Shown: positions 18,087-27,300 of the stretch, piece after piece
How the letters are laid out: each line of letters opens with the position of its first letter
Position numbering within the stretch: position 1 is the stretch's first letter
Origin: a candidate division FCPU426 bacterium
GTDB lineage: Bacteria; Oederibacteriota; PGYV01; Palsa-1178
NCBI GenBank assembly: GCA_963840035.1
Contig: CAWIXE010000001.1
Span: forward strand, 832,001 to 896,000
Reading direction: 5' to 3'
Length of the DNA: 64,000 bases
Translations under genes and position numbers: made by a program
Notes under the pieces: model-generated
The model's input: the letters and a program-made list of their open reading frames with translations, nothing else
What the model was told of the DNA's origin: nothing
Databases searched by the model: none

Positions 18087-19595
18087 ATGAAAAACCTAAA
18101 AAACATCAGGGTCTTTGTTTCGCTTTTCTTTTTTATCTCCTTTATATGGACCTTCCTGGAGATAACAAAGCCTAACGAGTACTTCACCCACACGGTATCG
18201 GCGCTGCAGTTTGTGCCTTCTTTCCTTGAATTTACAGCCACTGTATTCATGGGAGGCGGGGCCGGGTTCATACTCATACTTATTATTACGGCTATTTTCG
18301 GCAGGGTGTACTGTTCCTTTTTATGCCCGCTTGGCACGCTTCAGGACTGTTTCATAGGATCAAAACGCGCCATGACAAGAACAAAAAACTCCTACATGAA
18401 GCCTTTCCCGTGGCTCCAGTACCTGGTGCTGGCCGCTGTCATAGTTTCATTCATGATGGGCAGCGCCGTGCTTCTCGGGGCGAACGATCCGTTTGCCATA
18501 TTCGGCAGGATAATTTCAGACTTAATAAAACCCGGGTTTGTCAGGGTGACAAACTGGATTTCGTGGGTTCTGGGCGCTTTTGACATATACGCCATGAGGC
18601 CCAGGCAGACGCATGTGATATCCATGAGTATCTTCATATACTCCGCGTTCTTTTTCTTCCTCGTTGGCGGAATGTCGCTATGGAAGGGGCGGCTTTACTG
18701 CAATACAGTGTGCCCCGTGGGAGGGTTATTATCGCTTGTGTCGAAATTATCAGTGAATAAGCTGGTCTTTGACACGGATAAATGCACATCATGCGGACTG
18801 TGTGAAAAAGCGTGCAAGGCAAACTGCATTGATTATAAGGAGAAGAAAATAGATTTTGACAGGTGCGTGGACTGTTATGACTGTATTGAGGCGTGCAAAT
18901 TCGGCGCGGTAAAATATGAGAACACCTGGAAAAAAGCGCTGGCGCCGTCGAAAGGCAGGAGAAAAGCCATAGCCGCTTTCTCTGCAGGCGCGGCAATCGC
19001 GGCGCTTCACGTAACCGGAGTTGAAAAAATAGCGGCAAAAACCGCCTTGCCGATTGTTCCGCCCGGCGCAAAGTCAATACAGAGGTTCAAGTCAAAATGC
19101 ATAGGGTGCCATTTATGCGTGACAACATGCCCGTCCAAAGTTTTAACACCGTCGCCGCTTTCCGTGCCCGGCATGGCTGCCCAGCCATTCATGGATTACA
19201 CCGCGTCATTTTGCGCGTATAATTGCAACCTGTGCACGAGGGTATGCCCGACAGGCGCCTTAATGTCCCTGACAATAGCGGATAAAAGGCTGACACAGCT
19301 GGGAGTCGCGAAATTTACGGAGAATAACTGTATAGTAAAGACAAAAGGAAAACAATGCACCATATGCAATGAATACTGCCCGACAAAGGCGTGTTCCATG
19401 GTTGCCTATAAGAACGGCCTTGAGATACCAAAAGTAATTGACAACCTGTGCATAGGCTGCGGCGCGTGCGAACGCGTGTGCCCGGCTGTGCCGAAAAAAG
19501 CAATAATAGTAAAATCAAATGAAGTGCATAAAAAAGCGGAAAAACCCGCGGTTAAAAAGGAAAAATCAAGGGATTTTAAGGCGTTTCCGTTTTAA
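18087..19595 (+). CDS. Membrane-bound polyferredoxin (NapH/MauN-like fused to a MauM/NapG-like domain)
   Basis: GRVYCSFLCPLG and GRLYCNTVCPVG; multiple CxxCxxCxxxC(P) clusters; PPGA motif. Confidence 0.88.
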   Translation: MKNLKNIRVFVSLFFFISFIWTFLEITKPNEYFTHTVSALQFVPSFLEFTATVFMGGGAGFILILIITAIFGRVYCSFLCPLGTLQDCFIGSKRAMTRTKNSYMKPFPWLQYLVLAAVIVSFMMGSAVLLGANDPFAIFGRIISDLIKPGFVRVTNWISWVLGAFDIYAMRPRQTHVISMSIFIYSAFFFFLVGGMSLWKGRLYCNTVCPVGGLLSLVSKLSVNKLVFDTDKCTSCGLCEKACKANCIDYKEKKIDFDRCVDCYDCIEACKFGAVKYENTWKKALAPSKGRRKAIAAFSAGAAIAALHVTGVEKIAAKTALPIVPPGAKSIQRFKSKCIGCHLCVTTCPSKVLTPSPLSVPGMAAQPFMDYTASFCAYNCNLCTRVCPTGALMSLTIADKRLTQLGVAKFTENNCIVKTKGKQCTICNEYCPTKACSMVAYKNGLEIPKVIDNLCIGCGACERVCPAVPKKAIIVKSNEVHKKAEKPAVKKEKSRDFKAFPF

Positions 19596-19645
19596 GGAAG
19601 AGTAAAGGAGAGACAGGAGATAGGAGACAGGAAAGAGGAAAAGCA

Positions 19646-19733
19646 AGACAGGAGACTGGAGACAAGAGGATGCCAAAAGCGCGGTTCGCTGTTTTACTCC
19701 TGTCTCCAGTCTCTTGTTTCTGAAACTCAAACG
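19646..19733. repeat. 88-bp GGAGACW-periodic hairpin element, copy A
   Basis: 84/88 identical to 20304-20391. Confidence 0.85.
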
Positions 19734-19746
19734 CAAAGGAGTATTT

Positions 19747-20286
19747 ATGAGCAGATTAATCGCCCTAAACAAAGAATCAGACATCCCGGCAAAATACATG
19801 GGTACTCCCGTGGAAATGCTTATCCGCTACCAGAACTTCGGCGAGGCCTTTGCAGAGTGCACCAACGCCCAGATACTCGTGGGCATGTGCATGGACAACA
19901 GGAAGGTCCTAAAAGTGCCGGAAAATTTTGCCTTTGTCCTGCGCACGGGCGGCGGCAATTTAAGGCAGAATGAGTTTAAGGTTTCTTTTGCCATCGCGGT
20001 CGGAGGGGTGACCGCAATCGCCTTAGTCGGCCATACCAACTGCGGAATGGTGAATGTTTACTCCAAGAGGGACCAGTTCATAAACGGCATGGTGGAGCGC
20101 GCCGGCTGGACCCAGGAGCAGGCAAAGGAACATTTCATGACATTGGCGCCCCTTTTTGAGATAGATAATGAGGAAGAATTTGTCTTAAGCGAGGCGCACA
20201 GGCTGACACGCAAGTACCCGAAGATTTTAATAGCGCCTTTTATATATAAGCTGGAAGATAATAAACTTTATATGGTGGAAGAATAG
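19747..20286 (+). CDS. Beta-class carbonic anhydrase
   Basis: CMDNR (Cys-x-Asp-x-Arg), RTGGG, GHTNCGM (His-x-x-Cys). aggag SD before ATG 19747. Confidence 0.85.
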   Translation: MSRLIALNKESDIPAKYMGTPVEMLIRYQNFGEAFAECTNAQILVGMCMDNRKVLKVPENFAFVLRTGGGNLRQNEFKVSFAIAVGGVTAIALVGHTNCGMVNVYSKRDQFINGMVERAGWTQEQAKEHFMTLAPLFEIDNEEEFVLSEAHRLTRKYPKILIAPFIYKLEDNKLYMVEE

Positions 20287-20303
20287 GAAGAAGAGGAGAA
20301 AGC

Positions 20304-20391
20304 AGACAGGAGACTGGAGATAAGAGGATGCCAAAAGCGCGGTTTGCAGTTTTACTCCTGTCTCCAGTCTCTTGTCTCTGAAACTCAAACG
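20304..20391. repeat. 88-bp hairpin element, copy B
   Basis: Near-identical to copy A. Confidence 0.85.
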
Positions 20392-20408
20392 AAAAACAAG
20401 GTGGCAGG

Positions 20409-21305
20409 ATGAAAAAATTAGTGTTATTAATAGCGTTATTGACGTTTCCTTTATTTTTATTCTCTGCCGATAAATGGGATTCCATCATAATTGACGCGCA
20501 TAAAAGGGATTATAAGGTGCATGTGCCGAAGTCATATGACAAATCAAAAGCTGTCCCGCTTATTATCGCTGTTCACGGCGGCGGAGGGCAGGCGTGGTCC
20601 ATGGAAAAGCTGACGAAATTCAGCGTCCTCTCCGAAAAGGAAGGATTTATAGTGGTTTACCCGGAAGGGTTTGAGAAGCAGTGGAATGACGGAAGGGAAG
20701 TTCTGCAGATAAGCGCGCAGAGGAAGAATATAAATGACGTGGGTTTCATATCAAAAGTGATAGATAAGGTGGCGGAAAAATACTCAATAGACAAAAAGAA
20801 AGTTTATGCCGCGGGCATATCCAACGGCGGATTCATGTGCCAGCGCCTGGCGTGCGAACTCTCCGATAAGCTCGCGGCTGTTGTGTCCGTCTCCGCGGCA
20901 ATGCCGGAGAAGATAAAGGATAAATGCCGGCCCGCAAACCGCATATCAGTGATGTTCATTAACGGCACTGAAGACCCGTTGGTGCCTTATGACGGCGGTT
21001 CTGTTAAGGTTGGAAAAAAGGAACGCGGGGAAATAACCTCCACGGAAGAATCCGTGGCGCTGTGGGTAAACAGGAACGGATGCCAGAAGGTTAAAAGCGA
21101 CGTTATAAAAACTGACCTTGAGGTTGACTGCGACTATTACAGGGACAAACAGGGCACGGAAGTGGTGCTCTATACGGTAAAAGGCGGAGGACATACCTGG
21201 CCCGGCGGGCCGCAGTATCTGCCCCAGGGGCTGGTGGGGAAGGTTTGTAAGGGGATGGATGCTACGGGGGAGATTTGGAAATTCTTTCAGAGGCACAATA
21301 AGTAG
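20409..21305 (+). CDS. Secreted alpha/beta-hydrolase, LpqC/PHB-depolymerase-like esterase
   Basis: Signal peptide, HGGGG oxyanion motif, VVYPEG, DVGFI, nucleophile GISNGG, GTEDPLVPY, GGGHTWPG. Confidence 0.88.
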   Translation: MKKLVLLIALLTFPLFLFSADKWDSIIIDAHKRDYKVHVPKSYDKSKAVPLIIAVHGGGGQAWSMEKLTKFSVLSEKEGFIVVYPEGFEKQWNDGREVLQISAQRKNINDVGFISKVIDKVAEKYSIDKKKVYAAGISNGGFMCQRLACELSDKLAAVVSVSAAMPEKIKDKCRPANRISVMFINGTEDPLVPYDGGSVKVGKKERGEITSTEESVALWVNRNGCQKVKSDVIKTDLEVDCDYYRDKQGTEVVLYTVKGGGHTWPGGPQYLPQGLVGKVCKGMDATGEIWKFFQRHNK

Positions 21306-21339
21306 TGAGTGGTGTGTAGTTGTGGGTAGAGGAAAGAAC

Positions 21340-21427
21340 AGATAGGAGACTGGAGACAAGAGTAAGTCTAAAACAAGTATTACAGCTTTACTCCTATCTC
21401 CAGTCTCTTGTCTCTTAAACTCAAACG
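21340..21427. repeat. 88-bp hairpin element, copy C (divergent loop)
   Basis: Arms and the aaactcaaacg tail are conserved and the length is the same. Confidence 0.8.
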
Positions 21428-21440
21428 AATGGAGCCAAAC

Positions 21441-22088
21441 ATGAACCAAACGTTGAAGGAAATGAAGCAAGTCTACAAACTACAGCACTCCGCCATCCAG
21501 CGCGCGCTTAAATCTTACCGCGCGAAGTGGGAGAAGGGGACTGAGGAGGACGTGCTTGCCGAGATGCTTTTCTGCATATTAACCCCGCAGTCCAAGGCCA
21601 AAGGATGCTGGTCGTGCATGGAGTCCATAATAAAAAAGAAACTCATAAAAGCGGGCAATGAAAAAGAAATACTGGCGGAGCTTAAGTACCCACGCTTCAA
21701 GTATAAAAAGGCGAAATTTTTTATAGAAGCGCGCGATAAGTTCGTGAAGAACGGCAAAGTTGCCATAAAGCAGTTCATGTCGGGTTTTAAGAACGTTGTT
21801 GAAATGCGCGATTGGTTCCAGGCAAATATAAAGGGATACGGCTTAAAAGAAGCCTCGCACTTCCTGCGCAACGTGGGATTTGGCGAGGATATAGCGATAC
21901 TCGACAGGCATATACTGAGGAACCTGGCAAAACTTGGCGTTATCAAGGAAGTCCCGGCGCATATAACGCCGAAGATGTACCATGAGATAGAGGAAGACAT
22001 GAAAAAGTTCGCGAAGAAAATGAAGATTCCCATGGCGGCACTGGACCTGATACTTTGGGCTAAGGAGACAGGGGAAGTTTTTAAATAG
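21441..22088 (+). CDS. ogg: 8-oxoguanine DNA glycosylase/AP lyase (archaeal/Thermotoga OGG2-type)
   Basis: FCILTPQS.A, HhH motif IKGYGLKEASHFLRNVG, AILDRHIL, LDL.LW...TGEVFK with C-terminal Lys. Confidence 0.9.
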   Translation: MNQTLKEMKQVYKLQHSAIQRALKSYRAKWEKGTEEDVLAEMLFCILTPQSKAKGCWSCMESIIKKKLIKAGNEKEILAELKYPRFKYKKAKFFIEARDKFVKNGKVAIKQFMSGFKNVVEMRDWFQANIKGYGLKEASHFLRNVGFGEDIAILDRHILRNLAKLGVIKEVPAHITPKMYHEIEEDMKKFAKKMKIPMAALDLILWAKETGEVFK

Positions 22089-22180
22089 ACGCAAAAGAAT
22101 AGCGCGTTATTGATAAGGTATGAGCGTTTAGATAATTAAGTCGAAGGCCTGAAAAATAATACTTTGATAAGGGATGGACA

Positions 22181-24073
22181 ATGGGAAAAAATTTAAATAT
22201 TTTTATCTTCATATTAATGGCTGCTTTCCCATGTGGCGTATCTGGGGTTTGGGCGGATGTGGATGGTATAGGGCAGGAAAGTGTCAGGATAACAAGCACC
22301 ATTATTACCGACCTTACTCCGTCATTTTATTTTGACGGTTCCGGGAACCCGTCTGTCGCATGGGAGGATTATGGATACGCCAACAGCGAGATATGCTACC
22401 AGAAATGGAACAGTACGGCGTGGGTGGACGCGGATGGAACGGGCCTGGAAAGCATAAATATTTCCAATACAGGCGGGAGTTCGCAATACGCCAGGCTGTG
22501 TGTGGATAGCGCCGGGAACCCGCATATTGTATGGTATGACATGACATCCGGAAACTATGAGATATATTATCTGAAATGGGATGGAACAGCGTGGGTCGAT
22601 GCGGATGGTACGGGACGTGAAAGCATAAATGTTTCCAATGCAAGCGGAAGCTCGTTTTATCCGTCATTTTGCCTGGATAGCGGAGGCAATGCTCACATCG
22701 CGTGGGCTGATGACAATTCCGGAACGCAGGATATATATTACCTTAAATGGAACGGTTCGGCCTGGGTGGACGCAGACGGGGTTGGTAAGGGCGATATAAA
22801 CATATCAGGCAGTACCGGAGGCACGTGGAATCCGTCGCTATCGCTCGACAGCGCGGGGAATCCGCACATAGCCTGGATAGACGGCAGGGATGGAAACAGG
22901 GAGGTATATTACCTGCAGTGGAACGGGACAGCATGGGTGGATGCTGACGGGACCGGGCAGGAGGGTATAAATATATCAAATACAGCAGGGGAATCATTTG
23001 CCCCGTCGTTATTTCTGGACGGCTCGGGTGAACCGCATATCGCATGGAATGAAAATGTGTCAGGGAATAAGGAGATATATTACCTTCGGTGGAACGGGAC
23101 CGCATGGGTGGATGCCGACGGGACGGGACAGGAAAGCATTAATGTCTCCAATACAGGCACAAATTCGATAATGCCGTCACTTTGCCTGGACAGCGCTGGA
23201 AATCCGCACATCGCGTGGAATGAAGAAAAAACCAATAATGAAATATATTACCTTCAGTGGAACGGGGCGGAATGGGTGGATGCCGACGGGGCAGGGCAGG
23301 AAAGCATTAATATATCCAATAACAGCGGAGAGTCGCAGGACCCGTCGCTGCGGCTGGATGGCGCAGGAAATCCGCGCATCGTATGGGATGACAATACGGC
23401 TTTAAAAAAAGACATATATTATCTGCAATGGATACCGGAAATGACCCCGACCAAAACGGGCACTGTTTCGCCGAGCCCTACATTTACTGAAGAAACCGCC
23501 ACAATAACAGCCACGGAAACAACCACAGAAACGGTCACGGAAACAGCCACCGGCACAGGTACTGCGACACCCACAAAAACGGCTACTGAAACAGCCACAT
23601 ATACAGGCACTGCGACACCCACAAAAACTGCCACGGAAACAGCCACAGATACAGGCACTGCGACACCCACAAAAACTGCCACGGAAACAGCCACACGCAC
23701 TGGCACGGTATCAGTCACGACAACATATACAAAAACAACCACAGAGACCATGACAATAACTATTACAGCCACGTTGACTCCTTCTCCCACAATCAGCGCC
23801 ACATATGATTTTTCCGGCACACCTCTGGTGTACCCCAACCCCTGCAGTTTTAAAAAAACCAGTCTTAAGTTCCAAAATATGCCGCAGGGGGCGATTATAC
23901 AGATATTGACTTTATCAGGGGAGGTTGTGGCAAACCTGCATGTAAATTATCCCAAAGAGCACTGGAACGGCAGGAATAACTATGACGCCCAGATATCTCC
24001 GGGAATATATTTTTATCTTGTGCTAAAAGACAATAAAGCTTTTTTAAGCGGAAAATTATTTGTGGTAAATTAG
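22181..24073 (+). CDS. Secreted protein: 7 x ~57-aa Trp-rich repeats (probable beta-propeller), Thr-rich linker, YPNP C-terminal domain
   Basis: Repeat WVDADGTGQESINISN..G.S..PSLCLDSAGNPHIAW.....N.EIYYL.WNG with a 171-nt period; 48-bp x3 tandem repeat in the linker; VYPNP...WNGRN...PGIYFY at the C-terminus. Confidence 0.85.
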   Translation: MGKNLNIFIFILMAAFPCGVSGVWADVDGIGQESVRITSTIITDLTPSFYFDGSGNPSVAWEDYGYANSEICYQKWNSTAWVDADGTGLESINISNTGGSSQYARLCVDSAGNPHIVWYDMTSGNYEIYYLKWDGTAWVDADGTGRESINVSNASGSSFYPSFCLDSGGNAHIAWADDNSGTQDIYYLKWNGSAWVDADGVGKGDINISGSTGGTWNPSLSLDSAGNPHIAWIDGRDGNREVYYLQWNGTAWVDADGTGQEGINISNTAGESFAPSLFLDGSGEPHIAWNENVSGNKEIYYLRWNGTAWVDADGTGQESINVSNTGTNSIMPSLCLDSAGNPHIAWNEEKTNNEIYYLQWNGAEWVDADGAGQESINISNNSGESQDPSLRLDGAGNPRIVWDDNTALKKDIYYLQWIPEMTPTKTGTVSPSPTFTEETATITATETTTETVTETATGTGTATPTKTATETATYTGTATPTKTATETATDTGTATPTKTATETATRTGTVSVTTTYTKTTTETMTITITATLTPSPTISATYDFSGTPLVYPNPCSFKKTSLKFQNMPQGAIIQILTLSGEVVANLHVNYPKEHWNGRNNYDAQISPGIYFYLVLKDNKAFLSGKLFVVN

Positions 24074-24104
24074 ATTTTTTTGCAGAAACAGATTCCGGAA
24101 TGGG

Positions 24105-24195
24105 CGAAGATGCACCGCAAAATTGAGGAAGATATGAAAAAGTCCGCGAAGATAATGAAAACACCAATGACGGCGCTGGATCTGATACTGTGGGC
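24105..24195 (+). pseudogene. Degenerate duplicate of the ogg 3' end
   Basis: 74/91 nt identical by hand count to 21970-22060; translates KMHRKIEEDMKKSAKIMKTPMTALDLILWA versus KMYHEIEEDMKKFAKKMKIPMAALDLILWA. Confidence 0.85.
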
Positions 24196-24313
24196 GAATC
24201 GTGAATCGCCCCTTCACGGGAACGCCGTTTCCTTTAAAATAATCTTTTCAGCGGCGGTTAAAATGTGATAGTATATCCACATTGGGTCAATCAAGGGAAA
24301 AACAGGAGGGTTT

Positions 24314-27300
24314 ATGGCTAAAAAAACGTCCGTCTGGAAACTCATCATCAAGTACTTAACGCTCGCCTTAGTCTTCATCGCTGTGCCGGCATTCATCAAT
24401 TTTTTCAACCGGTCTGAATACGGGGTTTTTGAGGGCATGTCGCGGTTCGCGGCGCGGTACCAGCTATTCGCGGGCATCATCATATTTGCCCTGGCTTACG
24501 CGCTCAGGGTGCTTGTCAAAAAGCAGACTCCCGAGCTCACAAAGGGCGCTGCCGCGTTCCTCTTAGGCGGGCTTATTACCATGGTGCTGTTAAAGACCAT
24601 CCCGTACCTGAATACTTTCCAGAACCTGTCGATAATGTACCTGACGGGCTGGGCCATGTTCCTTTCATATTACTTCCTTGAGGAACTGCCGGGCATTGCG
24701 GCAGGCCTGAAGGAATTCGTGGAAACCGCCTCAAAGACAGCGGGACATGTCATCAAGTGGATATGGCTGGCTTTTTTAGTGCTGGCCATGCCGTTCATCC
24801 TCCTGCATATAATGAACAATGATTACAACCTATCCGAGACTTTCCGCGCTAATTTTGTGGCACTGGGGCTCGTGTTTTTCCTGATTCCCGCTGCCTGGCG
24901 CTTTTTTATAAAAAAGGAAAAGTTCAGCTTCCTCCTCTCGTCGGGAATATTCATATTGACCGGAATTATCGCGCTTCTGCTGCAAAACTTATTTTTAAAA
25001 CTTAACTTTATCGATGCCAGGATTTACCGCTACTTCGGCGTTATGATCGCCGCTTATTTATCCATGCGCGACGCCGCGGTGATGAACTTCCTTCACGCGG
25101 TAAGGGACAAGGTGTGGTCGTGGCTCGGCCCGAAAATGAAGAAAACCCTGACGGCTGCCGGCGAATTTCTCGGGAAATATTCCAAAAAATCAGCGGGCAA
25201 GATAAAGGAAGTAAAGAACAAAAGGATAAAGGCCTTGATTGCCGCCGGAATCGTGGTCGCCGCGATTGCCCTTTTTAATCTCGGCAAATTCATATACGAC
25301 AGGTCCTTCGTCTCAGTGCTGGCGCTCTCCCCGCAGGGGGAAGTGGGCAATAACATCATGATTACGGCCGAGTTTTCGAAGCCGGTTGACTTAAAAGTAA
25401 AGGATGTTACGGAACTCCGGTGTTTCACCATAACGCCGGAGCTTAAGGGCAAATACACATTTGAAAATAAAAAGACAGTCATGTTCTCGCCGGACGAGCC
25501 TTTGAAGCCGTCAACCGATTATGAAGTTACCATGGATATCGGAAAGTTCTTCACAGCCCCTGGAAAGCAGTTAATCGGCGCGCCTAAGACGCAGTTCCAT
25601 ACGCCTTACATGAAAATAACGGACAGCAGGTTCTTCGTCAATAAGGACATACTTAAAAACGAGGAAAAGGAAGTGGTCGGCGAGGTTAATTTCAATTACC
25701 CGGCCAGCATCGAGGACTTTAAGAACTCGGTGGAAGTGACAAAAATAATAATGCCCAATTGCAGCCAGCTGGCGAAGAACGAGTCCTCCATGAAATTTAC
25801 CGTGGAGAAGTCAGAGTCGCCGACGCGTTTTTACATACGCATACCGGACATCCAGAGGAGTTATGACTGCCAGGAAATAAGGGTCGGGATAGCAAGCGGC
25901 ATAAAATGCCCGGAATGCACTATAGGAATGGCAGACAGGTTCGAAACCTCGGTGAACATATCGCAGAAAGTGCTCCTGGGCGTGGAAAGCGTGGCGCCGT
26001 GGCAGGAGGAAGGCTCCTCATCAGTGGCCATCAGGTTTAACATGCCGGTGTCCGAGGAGCAGGTCAGGAAATATGTCACTATAATAAGGAAGCCCACCAT
26101 AAACAAGCCCGCAGTGCAGATACCATTTACATTAAAGACGGAATACTGCTACGCCATGCTCTCGGGCGATTTTGAGCCGAACATAGCCTACGAGGTCACA
26201 ATAGGCTCCGGCATAACATCCAAAAGCGGGGATCCTTTCTCATACGCCAAGGGTTACACAACGTCAGTTACCGTGCGCGACCTGCCCTCTAGCCTGGATT
26301 ACGCCGAGGAAGGCGAGATAGTAAGCGCGGCAGGGCCCATGAACGTGGCTCTGCGCGTCATGAACCTGGACAGGATATATGTAAGGCTCTATAAGGTATT
26401 TAAAAACAACCTCGTGCATTACTTAAGATACCAGGACATAGGAAATAACGGCAACCAGATATACGCCGGTAACTACGACATAACAGGCGGGAAAATAAAC
26501 CAGGAGATAACAGAGTACATAAACTTTGACAAATTCTCAAAGGAACCATACAAGGGAATATTTGTGGCGGAAATATCAGACCCGAAAAGCGGCTGGGAAA
26601 ATAAGAGAAAGCTCATCAGGTGCACGAACCTTGGCATGATAGCCAAGACCTCGGGCAAAGACCTGCACGTAAAGGTGATGTACATCAACAACCTCCAGCC
26701 CGCCGCGGACATAACGGTAAAGCTCATGTCCACCACCAACCAGGTCATGAAGGAATTCAAGACCGACGCTTCGGGCAAAGTCGTATACAAAAACTGGCGC
26801 GAGGCCATGTATAACTTCAGCCCGTATCTCGTACTGGCGGAGAACGGCGAGGATTTCTCATACCTTTTATTTGACGGCTCCATGCTGGATAACTACAGGT
26901 TTGACACGGGCGGCGAGCCAACCTTAAACGAGGGCATGAAAGGCTACTTAACCTCGGACAGGGGGCTTTACAGGCCGGGAGAGACAGTCAACTTGACCGC
27001 GATAGTGCGCAATAACGACATGACCATGCCCCCGGGCATAATTATAGAGAACAGGATCATAGGGCCTCAGGGCGAAGTGGTACAGTCTGAAAAGAAAGCC
27101 TTAAACACCCAGGCCATGGAAACGTTCAGGCTCAAGCTTACGCTCTCGTCCACCACCGGGGAGTACCGCTCCGAGATAAGGTTAAATGACGACAGGGTGA
27201 TAGGTTCGGCCACATTCAAGGTGGAGGAGTTTATACCTGATAAGCTCGTGGTGGACGTGAAAAGCGAGACACCCGAGATAAACGCGGGAAGCCCTCTGCT

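Noticed and set aside
19646..21427. Integron attC sites
   Set aside because: No RYYYAAC...GTTRRRY ends and no integrase; kept only as a cassette-like pattern.
24080..24268. 62-aa ORF as an independent gene
   Set aside because: It is the duplicated ogg tail reading into a REP.
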